Assembly: GCA_963817955.1 (NCBI GenBank)
Contig: CAWFQK010000007.1
Location: 96,001-160,000 of the forward strand
From: an uncultured Gemmatimonadaceae bacterium
GTDB taxonomy: Bacteria; Gemmatimonadota; Gemmatimonadetes; Gemmatimonadales; Gemmatimonadaceae
DNA length: 64,000 bases
Reading direction: 5' to 3'
The notes below the pieces were generated by a model. It was not told where the DNA came from. It was given only the letters and a program-made list of their open reading frames with translations, and made no database searches. Positions 30,469 through 38,684 of this stretch are shown piece by piece. Each line of letters starts with the position of its first letter. Within the stretch, counting starts at the first letter, position 1. The position numbers were made by a program, and so were the translations under genes.

Positions 30469-31035
30469 CCACCACCTGGCTTCGAAACCCGTCCACCTGG
30501 CTTCGGCAACGGTCCACTCGACTGGGGTGAGCGTCCACTCCATTTCGGCGATCGGTTACCTCATTTCGCCGATCGGTCACGCCATTTTGGCGATCGGTTA
30601 CCTCATTTCGCCGATCGGTCACCTCATTTCGGCGATCGGTCAGCTCATTTCGGCGGTTGTCCACTCCATTTGGGCGAGCGTCCATGTGATTTGGGCGACC
30701 GTCCATGTGATTTGGGTGATCGTCCACTTGGCTTGGGTAACCGTTCACTTGGCTTGGGTAACTGCGCACTTGTACTCGGTGAGTGTCCACTTGACCGCGG
30801 CAAACGTTCAGCCGACCTCGGCAAGTGTGCACCCGACATCGGCAAGTGTTCACTCGACCGCGGGAGACGGTTACTCGACCTCGGCAAGCGTTCGGGCGGC
30901 TGCGGGATCCGGTCAGGCGACCATGGCACTCGGTCAGGCGACCGTGGGATTCGGTCAGCCGACTTCGGCATTCATCCACTTCATTTCGGTACTTGAATAC
31001 TTCATTGCGGCGTTAAGACGCGTCACTTCGGCGAC
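30469..31035. repeat. Degenerate 21-nt tandem array, ~27 units
   Basis: Units such as cggtcacctcatttcggcgat and cgtccacttggcttgggtaac stay in exact 21-nt register with no indel. Confidence 0.9.
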
Positions 31036-31133
31036 TCGATGCCGACCCGCGTTGAGTATTCTTGCCACCGCGCCGCTCCATGAGGGTCGTTAGGTCGTCC
31101 TGCGACCTGCTTCACCGCACTGCCTTTCACCGG

Positions 31134-31159
31134 AAGCGGCTGCTTACACAGCCGTTTTT
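31134..31159 (+). terminator. Intrinsic terminator-like hairpin upstream of the hybrid kinase
   Basis: aagcggctg-cttaca-cagccg-ttttt. Confidence 0.6.
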
Positions 31160-31276
31160 CTTGTGTCCGGTTCTTGCATAACTGCCCCTCGTACTCGTCC
31201 TCTGCATGCCGCATCGACCGCCCCTGGTTCATCGACGGTGGCAATCGGCTTTGTACCCTTTCGTCAGGAGTCGCCC

Positions 31277-33796
31277 ATGGGCGTCGGCGAAGGTCCAGAG
31301 GGGATCGATCGGGAAACCCCTCTATCGAGCGCACGCAGCAATGGCGGGAGTGCTCGGCGAGCGCGAAAAACCGCAACTAAGAGCGGTTCGCACTCCAAGC
31401 GAACCGATCCCGACGACGTCCGCATCACGCGTGACGAAAACATCGAGGTTCCACCCGCCGACAACGGCGAGCAATCGGTCACTGCTCCGGTGCAACAACG
31501 TCGAACCCGCCAACGCTCGCTACAACGGTTGCTCGCTGGGTTGCGTGCCGTGAACGCCGGCGACTTCTCCGTGCGCCTCACCGCCGACGGCGAGCCGCTC
31601 ATGGCGGAGATCATAGATCTCTTCAACCGCGTCGCGCAGAAGCAAGCGCGCCTCGTGGACGAGCTCGCGCGCGTGCGCACGGCCGTCGGGCGCGAAGGCA
31701 AGATGCGCGATCGCGTATGGATGGCCGGTGCCGAGGGACAATGGATCAAGGCGGTGGACTCGGTGAACAGCCTGATCACCGATCTCGTACAACCGACGTC
31801 CGAAGTCTCTCGTGTCATTCAGGCGGTTGCCGAAGGCGATCTGTCGCAGAAGATCGCCGGCGAAGCCCAGGGCGAGTTCGACGAGCTCAAGGCGAACATC
31901 AATCAGATGATTGCCAAGCTGCGCGAGACCACGGAGCGCAATCAGGAGCAGGACTGGCTCAAGACCAACCTGGCCAAGTTCAGCCGCATGATGCAGGGCC
32001 AGAAGGATCTGGCAAGCGTATCGCGCCTCATCATGAGCGAACTCACACCGTTGGTGAGCGCGCACCATGGCGCGTTCTTCATCTCCGATCAGGACGCGGG
32101 CGGTGTCGTGCTCAAGCTCGTGGCGAGCTACGCGTATCGAGCACGAAGGCAGGTCGCCAAGCAATTCGCTCCGGGAGAGGGGCTCGTCGGTCAGGCAGCG
32201 CTCGAGAAGCAGCCGATCCTGCTGCAGAACGTGCCTGGCGACTATATCCAGATCACCTCGGGCCTCGGCGAAGCACCGCCGCGCAACATCATCGTCCTGC
32301 CGATCCTGTTCGAGGGCGACGTCAAGGCGGTGATCGAGCTCGCGAGCTTCCTGCCGTTCAGTCAGATCCACCAGGCCTTTCTCGACCAGCTCGCTGAATC
32401 GCTCGGCGTAGTACTGAACATGATTCAGGCGAACATGCGGACTGAGGAGTTGCTCGAGCAATCGCAGCAATTGACCCAGGAGTTGCAGAGCCAGTCGAAG
32501 GAGCTCCAGCAACAGCAGGACGAGCTCAAGCGGTCCAACGCCGAGCTCGAGGAGAAGGCTGAACAGCTCTCACTCAGCTCCAAATACAAGAGCGAGTTCT
32601 TGGCGAACGTGTCGCACGAACTGCGTACCCCGCTCAACTCGCTGCTCATTCTCTCCAAGCTTCTCGCGGAGAACAAGGACAGCAACCTCACGAAGAAGCA
32701 GGTGGAGTTCGCGCAGACGATCTACTCGTCAGGCACGGACCTGCTCAATCTGATCAACGACATTCTCGACCTGTCGAAGGTGGAAGCTGGAAAGATGGAT
32801 GTCAGCCCGACCGACGTGTCGATGACCGAATTTCGTGCGTTTGTCGATCGCACGTTCGGGCCGGTGGCCGAACAGAAGCATCTGAGCTTCACCGTGGACA
32901 TCTCGCCTGACGTGCCGTCGCCAATCTTCACCGACGAGAGGCGCTTGCAGCAGGTGATCAAGAACCTGCTGTCCAACGCGTTCAAGTTTACGGCGCACGG
33001 TGGTGTCACGCTGTCCGTTCGCCGCGCCGAGAGCAACCGGCGCTTCGTGTCGCGGATGCTGGATCGCGTGGAAGGTGGCGTGATCGCATTCGCGGTGAAG
33101 GACACCGGTATTGGCATTCCGCAAACCAAGCAGCAGCTCATCTTCGAGGCGTTCCAACAAGCGGATGGTACGACGAGTCGCAAGTTCGGGGGGACCGGAC
33201 TTGGCTTGTCGATCAGCCGTGAGATCGCGGGGCTGTTGGGCGGCGAGATTCGCGTCGACAGCACGCCGGGTGAGGGCAGCACGTTCACGTTGTTCCTGCC
33301 GGCTCGATATGTGGAGCGTGAGGGTGCGGCGCGCGGCGCAGGCGGCGCAGGCGGCGAGGGAAGCGAAGCGACACGTTTGCCGCGGTCCGCTGGCTTCGAC
33401 GACGACCGCGACCGCGCCGTGTTTGCGGGGAAGCGCATTCTCATCGTCGACGACGATGTACGCAACGTGTATTCGCTCACGAGTGTGCTCGAACAGCATG
33501 GCATGAACGTCTCGTTTGCCGAGAACGGCAAAGACGCCGTTGCCAAGCTCGAGTCCGCGCCGAGAACCGACCTGGTGCTGATGGACGTGATGATGCCGGG
33601 CATGGACGGCTATGAAACGACGCGCGCAATTCGGGCGCGTCCGCTGTTCCGTTCGCTGCCTATCATTGCGCTCACGGCCAAGGCCATGAAGGAAGATCGG
33701 GACAAGTCCATCGCGGCCGGTGTATCGGACTATATCACGAAGCCGGTGGACAACGATCAACTGCTGAGTCTGATGCGCGTATGGCTGTACCGCTGA
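31277..33796 (+). CDS. Cytoplasmic hybrid histidine kinase HAMP-GAF-HisKA-HATPase-REC (shortened poly-HAMP type)
   Basis: RBS aggag; EQDWLKTNLAKF; SHELRTPLNS; GGTGLGLSISRE; single C-terminal REC. Confidence 0.92.
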   Translation: MGVGEGPEGIDRETPLSSARSNGGSARRARKTATKSGSHSKRTDPDDVRITRDENIEVPPADNGEQSVTAPVQQRRTRQRSLQRLLAGLRAVNAGDFSVRLTADGEPLMAEIIDLFNRVAQKQARLVDELARVRTAVGREGKMRDRVWMAGAEGQWIKAVDSVNSLITDLVQPTSEVSRVIQAVAEGDLSQKIAGEAQGEFDELKANINQMIAKLRETTERNQEQDWLKTNLAKFSRMMQGQKDLASVSRLIMSELTPLVSAHHGAFFISDQDAGGVVLKLVASYAYRARRQVAKQFAPGEGLVGQAALEKQPILLQNVPGDYIQITSGLGEAPPRNIIVLPILFEGDVKAVIELASFLPFSQIHQAFLDQLAESLGVVLNMIQANMRTEELLEQSQQLTQELQSQSKELQQQQDELKRSNAELEEKAEQLSLSSKYKSEFLANVSHELRTPLNSLLILSKLLAENKDSNLTKKQVEFAQTIYSSGTDLLNLINDILDLSKVEAGKMDVSPTDVSMTEFRAFVDRTFGPVAEQKHLSFTVDISPDVPSPIFTDERRLQQVIKNLLSNAFKFTAHGGVTLSVRRAESNRRFVSRMLDRVEGGVIAFAVKDTGIGIPQTKQQLIFEAFQQADGTTSRKFGGTGLGLSISREIAGLLGGEIRVDSTPGEGSTFTLFLPARYVEREGAARGAGGAGGEGSEATRLPRSAGFDDDRDRAVFAGKRILIVDDDVRNVYSLTSVLEQHGMNVSFAENGKDAVAKLESAPRTDLVLMDVMMPGMDGYETTRAIRARPLFRSLPIIALTAKAMKEDRDKSIAAGVSDYITKPVDNDQLLSLMRVWLYR

Positions 33797-33811
33797 AGGG
33801 CAACCGGTCCT

Positions 33812-33931
33812 TGCCTCGTCCTGTTTGGCGTTCTGGCGCTGGGGAGCCAGGAGACCTCGAGGGTTTCCCAGTACGAGCCTTGCTATCAGCACGTGCACCC
33901 GTGGGAAGATGTCTACCGCAACATCAGGTAG
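33812..33931 (+). pseudogene. 3' remnant of a cheR-type methyltransferase gene
   Basis: Startless frame CLVLFGVLALGSQETSRVSQYEPCYQHVHPWEDVYRNIR* ends 2 nt before cheB, where cheR normally sits. Confidence 0.7.
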
Positions 33932-33933
33932 TC

Positions 33934-34527
33934 GTGAGCTACGAGATCATCGTCATTGGAACGTCCTGGGGTGGATTGGCCGCGCTGCGGAAATTGACCG
34001 AAGGGTTACCGCCGTATTTCGGCATCCCCATTGTGATCGTGCAGCATCGCAACAAACAGTCGGACCATCTGTTGGCCGCACTTCTCAAGGATCGTACGAC
34101 GCTCGCCGTTCGCGATGTGGACGACAAGGCGCGCATCATGGCCGGCAGCATCTACATCGCGCCGGCCGATTATCATCTGCTCATCGAAGACGGGTGTTTC
34201 GCGCTCTCGTTGGACGAGCCGGTGAACCACAGTCGCCCCTCCATCGACGTGACATTCATTTCGGCCGCCGAGACCTACGGCGCCCGCAGTGTCGGTGTGG
34301 TTCTCACCGGTGCCAACGCCGACGGCGCGCAGGGCTTGAAGCGAATCCATGACCGTGGGGGCCTCACGCTGGTTCAGGACCCGGCTACCGCGGAGAGTCC
34401 GATCATGCCTGCCGCCGCGATCCGTTGTGTGCCACAGGCCCGCGTGTTGTCGATCGCGGACATCTGCCGAGTCCTGGCAGCGCTGCCCGCGCCGGCCGTA
34501 GATGCGCACCACCAAAGGGCGAGATGA
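33934..34527 (+). CDS. Stand-alone CheB methylesterase (no REC)
   Basis: GTSWGG; VQHR; SRPSIDV; LTGANADGA. Confidence 0.9.
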   Translation: MSYEIIVIGTSWGGLAALRKLTEGLPPYFGIPIVIVQHRNKQSDHLLAALLKDRTTLAVRDVDDKARIMAGSIYIAPADYHLLIEDGCFALSLDEPVNHSRPSIDVTFISAAETYGARSVGVVLTGANADGAQGLKRIHDRGGLTLVQDPATAESPIMPAAAIRCVPQARVLSIADICRVLAALPAPAVDAHHQRAR

Positions 34528-36251
34528 CGCAGGTTACCGATCAGGTTGATATCCTGCTGGTGGACGACCGCGCAGAAAACCTGCTCGCCCTCGAAGCCAT
34601 CCTCGAACCTCTCGACCAGCGACTCGTGCGCGCGCAATCCGGCGAAGCCGCGCTGCGTTGCCTGCTCGAGCACGACTTTGCCGTGATCCTGCTCGATGTG
34701 CAAATGCCGCACATGAATGGCTTCGAAACCGCACGGCTCATCAAGGCCCGAGCGCGCACGAAGTTCATTCCGATCATCTTTCTCACGGCGATCAGCAAGG
34801 AAGACGAGTACGTCTTCAAGGGCTACTCCGTGGGCGCCGTCGACTATGTGTTCAAACCGTTTCAGCCCGAGATTCTGCGCTCCAAGGTGAATGTCTTCGT
34901 TGAGCTGTACCGTCAGCAACGGCGCATTTCCGAGCAGGAACAGCGTCTGCGCGAAAGCCAACGGCAGGAGCTCGAGCTGCGGCACATGCGCGAGCTGCTC
35001 CAATCCGAGGCAAGGTTCCGCGAGATCTTCACCTCGGCGATGGACGCGATTGTCGTGTTCGACTCCGACGGAAACATCGCGCTCGCGAACGCCGCCGCGG
35101 AGGGGATGTTCGCGACATCCGCCGCGGAAGCCGTTGGAGGGACCATCAAGCGCTTCTTCCCCAGCGGAATCAGCGGTGATACGGTGGCGAACCTCTGCAC
35201 CACCGCCAACGAACAGCGTGGCGATCCAGGCAAGCCGGGTAGGGTCGTGGCTCCACATGCGTTCACGGGGCGACGTGCGAATGGCGAGACGTTTCCGATC
35301 GAAGCGTCGGTGTCCTGCCTCGACACGCTCGCGGGACGGACGTACACGCTGATTGTGCGCGACATCTCGGATCGGGTGCGGCATGAACAGGAACTGAAGC
35401 GCCAGGCGGATTCACTCGCCCACTCCACCTGGGAACTCAAGGAGCTCAACGAAGAGCTGCAGCGCCGTCAGTTCGAGCTGGAGCGCGCAATGACAGCGCG
35501 CAGCCGATTCTACGCGTCGATGAGCCACGAGCTTCGGACGCCGATCAACGCGGTGCTCGGCTACAGCACCCTGCTGCTCGAACGCATCTACGGCCCGCTC
35601 AATGACAAGCAAGCCGAGGGCGTCGAGCGTACGCAAAAGGCAGCGCGCCATCTGCTGGAGCTCGTCAACGACGTGCTGGACCTCTCCAAGATCGAGGCCG
35701 GCAAGATCGACCTACGGCTGCAGCCGGTGGAGTTCCCGACGCTCATCGAGGATCTGTTCGTTACCGTGCGGCCGCTCGCCGATCAGCATGGTTCTGCGTT
35801 GTCGCTCGAGCTCAGCCGCAACGCGCCGATCAAGATCGTGTCCGATCCGCGTCGCGTGCGTCAGATCCTGCTCAACTTGTTGTCCAACGCGATCAAGTTC
35901 GGGCGTGGCCAGCCCGTCCATGTGCGCTGTCTGGCCAACGAGGATGGCGGAGTGATCATCGAGGTCATCGATGGTGGAGTCGGCATCTCCGACGACGACC
36001 GCGAGCGTGTATTCCACGAATTCGTGCAGATCGGGAAGACGCAACTCCAGGACGGCACCGGCCTTGGTCTCCCCATTTCCCGTCGCCTTGCCGAGTTGCT
36101 GCATGGCTCACTCACCGTCGAGTCGACCCTGGGCGAAGGGAGCACGTTCCGGCTGCAGTTGCCGGAGAGCGTGGATCGCGCTCCTCACCAATTCACGCCG
36201 ATCGTGAATTCGGTGGCGTGCTGCGAGAACCCCGATCCCACCCCACGGTAG
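34524..36251 (+). CDS. REC-PAS-histidine kinase
   Basis: ILLVDDRAENL; LLDVQMP; PAS; SHELRTPINA; GTGLGL; ATGA coupling with cheB. Confidence 0.92.
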   Translation: MTQVTDQVDILLVDDRAENLLALEAILEPLDQRLVRAQSGEAALRCLLEHDFAVILLDVQMPHMNGFETARLIKARARTKFIPIIFLTAISKEDEYVFKGYSVGAVDYVFKPFQPEILRSKVNVFVELYRQQRRISEQEQRLRESQRQELELRHMRELLQSEARFREIFTSAMDAIVVFDSDGNIALANAAAEGMFATSAAEAVGGTIKRFFPSGISGDTVANLCTTANEQRGDPGKPGRVVAPHAFTGRRANGETFPIEASVSCLDTLAGRTYTLIVRDISDRVRHEQELKRQADSLAHSTWELKELNEELQRRQFELERAMTARSRFYASMSHELRTPINAVLGYSTLLLERIYGPLNDKQAEGVERTQKAARHLLELVNDVLDLSKIEAGKIDLRLQPVEFPTLIEDLFVTVRPLADQHGSALSLELSRNAPIKIVSDPRRVRQILLNLLSNAIKFGRGQPVHVRCLANEDGGVIIEVIDGGVGISDDDRERVFHEFVQIGKTQLQDGTGLGLPISRRLAELLHGSLTVESTLGEGSTFRLQLPESVDRAPHQFTPIVNSVACCENPDPTPR

Positions 36252-36691
36252 CGCACTTCGCCGCGGAACCCGAGGGGAATTACCGGCACGCTCAGACGCA
36301 CACCAGCCGCGACGGAAGGTGTGAGCTGACTCGTGAGCGCACCGGGGCCGCTGACCGCTTTGAACCAGCCAAGTCCGGCGCCGACATAGGGGCGCACCAG
36401 CATGGGAAGGAGCTGGTACTGAAGCTGTGCTTCGGGAATGACATACGTGCGCCGTCCGCCGCTCAACTGTTCATCGGGGCGCATGATGCCCAGGCTTCCT
36501 TCGGCTAGCAGTACGAGCAGCGGAACATCGACGCGTAGCGCGCCGAACGGAGTGGTGCCTGAGTTGGCGAGCGAATAACTCGACACGCCGCCATTGACGC
36601 TCATCAATGGAATTGGCAGCTGCGCACTCGCTAGGGACGGCGTGAGCAGTAGTGCGGCGAGCAGGCCGCTGCGGAACAGGGCGGTGCGCAT
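36185..36691 (-). CDS. Small outer-membrane beta-barrel protein
   Basis: Signal peptide ending LASA; RPYVGAGLG; terminal aromatic FTIGVNW; start uncertain. Confidence 0.7.
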   Translation of the reverse strand: MRTALFRSGLLAALLLTPSLASAQLPIPLMSVNGGVSSYSLANSGTTPFGALRVDVPLLVLLAEGSLGIMRPDEQLSGGRRTYVIPEAQLQYQLLPMLVRPYVGAGLGWFKAVSGPGALTSQLTPSVAAGVRLSVPVIPLGFRGEVRYRGVGSGFSQHATEFTIGVNW

Positions 36692-36841
36692 TACGTCGTT
36701 GGTCATAAGGAGGGCGTCGGCAGGGGACCAGTGTGAGCGAAACACTCCATCTTCGGAGCGCCAGCGGGGTCAACTGTAATATAATTGTGCACGGAGCGCG
36801 AGCCTCTCATGGCTGGGCGTTCATCGACGTATATTGCGCTG

Positions 36842-37264
36842 ATGCGAGTGTTGTGTGTCGGCCGTCATCCGTTTCTGAGCGAACACCTCGCTCACTTCTT
36901 CGAGCAGTTCGGTGTGGACACTGTACCGTGCGTCGGCATGGCCGAAGCGATGAATCAAGTGTCCACGCAACATCCAGATGCCGTCATCTGTGACTACGAT
37001 CTGCTCGCCACGATGTCCCTGACGGCTTGGGAGACCGACCCCGCGCTGTCCAGTCTGCCGTTGATCGCCGTGAGCCTGACGCGGCATCCCGGTGAGGCAC
37101 ACCTGCTGGACATCAGCGGGATCGCCGGATTCCTCTATCTGCCGACGTTGAACGCCGACGACGCGCAACGCGTCCTCGGCGCGGTGCGGCGGAGGTGCGG
37201 CGGCATCAATCCACCCAACGTGCTTCCGTGGACGGAGACGAGACCGGTCGCGCAGCATCGCTGA
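36842..37264 (+). CDS. Atypical receiver-like protein
   Basis: MRVLCVGRH...PDAVICDYDL...LIAVS...FLYLP follows REC topology but lacks the acidic pair and the KP lysine. Confidence 0.6.
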   Translation: MRVLCVGRHPFLSEHLAHFFEQFGVDTVPCVGMAEAMNQVSTQHPDAVICDYDLLATMSLTAWETDPALSSLPLIAVSLTRHPGEAHLLDISGIAGFLYLPTLNADDAQRVLGAVRRRCGGINPPNVLPWTETRPVAQHR

Positions 37265-38643
37265 CCGACGGCGGCCGGGGCGATGATGCTCGCGCCTTCT
37301 TCCCCGCCAAGGCACTGCTCGACGCGCTGCATTCCACAGGCGCCGACGGCGTGCTACGTCGAGTCGTTCTTCACGATGCGCTCCGTTTAGAGCTCGACGC
37401 CAGCATCTGTCGAACGGAGGATGGTGCGTTGCTGCTCGGACTCAACCAGCCCGTTTCCGACGCCGACAGCGACGCGTTGCGTCACCTGGCTCGGCGCATG
37501 GCCGGCGAGACCGACACCAGCGCGTTGCTCGAAATACTGTGCACGGCCGGAGCAGCGCAGTGTGGAGGGAACGGCGCGGCGGTATTGCGCGCCTTGCCCA
37601 ACGAAGGCGAACTCATTGCGGCGAGCGGCCCGCTGGTCGTCGCGCGTGGTCGCCGGTTCGCCTTGCCTGGCTCGCTCCTGCGCGAAGTACAGCGGACGCG
37701 CGACGTTGTTGCGGTATCCGATTTCAGTGGATCGACCCGTCCACTATCCGATGTGATGCCTGAAATCCGCATCGGACCGATGCTCCTTGCCCCGTTGATC
37801 GCGCACGACGTCATGCTCGGCGTGCTCGCGGTGACGCGCGACCTCGGCACACCGCCCTTTTCTCGTCGCGAAACGTCTCGGTTGCGCGTCATTGCCGACT
37901 ATGCGGCAGTCGCGTTGTGGAAAGCCGAGTTGCTGGAAGAAGCGCAGGCGGCGGACCGTGCGAAGAGCCGCTTCTTGGCCACCGTTTCGCATGAGCTGCG
38001 CACGCCGCTCACCGCACTCGCCGGGTACGAAGAGCTGCTCGTCGACCAAGTGATCGGTCCACTGTCGGAGAACCAGATCGACGTGCTCGAACGCATGCGG
38101 TCCGTCACACAACACCTTGCAACAGTCATCGAGGAGATGCTCGCCTTTTCGAGTCTGGACGAGGGACGCGAACGCGTGCGTCCCACCGACTTTCTGGCCG
38201 CTGACATTGTACACGCGGCCGCGGCGATCATCGAGCCGCTGGCGCGACAGAAGCATCTCGTGTTCAGCGTCCGCGTTCCGGATGAAGCCATCCGCGTCAC
38301 GAGCGACATCGACAAGGTGCGGCAGGTGCTCGTCAATCTGGCCGGGAACGCGGTGAAGTTTACGGATGCCGGCGACGTGCGCCTCGAACTGACTCTTGCT
38401 GACGGCATGGTACGATTCACCATTCGTGACACTGGCATTGGAATCGCGCGCGCCGATATCGAGCGGCTGTTCAAACCGTTTGCGCAACTCGACACCGGTC
38501 TGACGCGGCGACACGGCGGCACGGGGCTGGGCCTGTACATTTCCCGGGGCATCGCAAAGCTGCTGGGGGGTACCATCGAAGTGCAATCTGAGACCGGGAA
38601 GGGTTCGGCATTCACACTCGTCCTGCCGATGGACGAAGGCTAA
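37195..38643 (+). CDS. GAF sensor histidine kinase
   Basis: GAF domain; SHELRTPL; NLAGNAVKFT; GGTGLGL; start uncertain. Confidence 0.88.
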   Translation: MRRHQSTQRASVDGDETGRAASLTDGGRGDDARAFFPAKALLDALHSTGADGVLRRVVLHDALRLELDASICRTEDGALLLGLNQPVSDADSDALRHLARRMAGETDTSALLEILCTAGAAQCGGNGAAVLRALPNEGELIAASGPLVVARGRRFALPGSLLREVQRTRDVVAVSDFSGSTRPLSDVMPEIRIGPMLLAPLIAHDVMLGVLAVTRDLGTPPFSRRETSRLRVIADYAAVALWKAELLEEAQAADRAKSRFLATVSHELRTPLTALAGYEELLVDQVIGPLSENQIDVLERMRSVTQHLATVIEEMLAFSSLDEGRERVRPTDFLAADIVHAAAAIIEPLARQKHLVFSVRVPDEAIRVTSDIDKVRQVLVNLAGNAVKFTDAGDVRLELTLADGMVRFTIRDTGIGIARADIERLFKPFAQLDTGLTRRHGGTGLGLYISRGIAKLLGGTIEVQSETGKGSAFTLVLPMDEG

Positions 38644-38684
38644 CTGCACGACCTGCGCTCGGCCCGGCGTTAGATTTTTAGACT

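Noticed and set aside
30469..31035. CRISPR array
   Set aside because: Contiguous degenerate 21-mers without unique spacers; no cas genes in the window.
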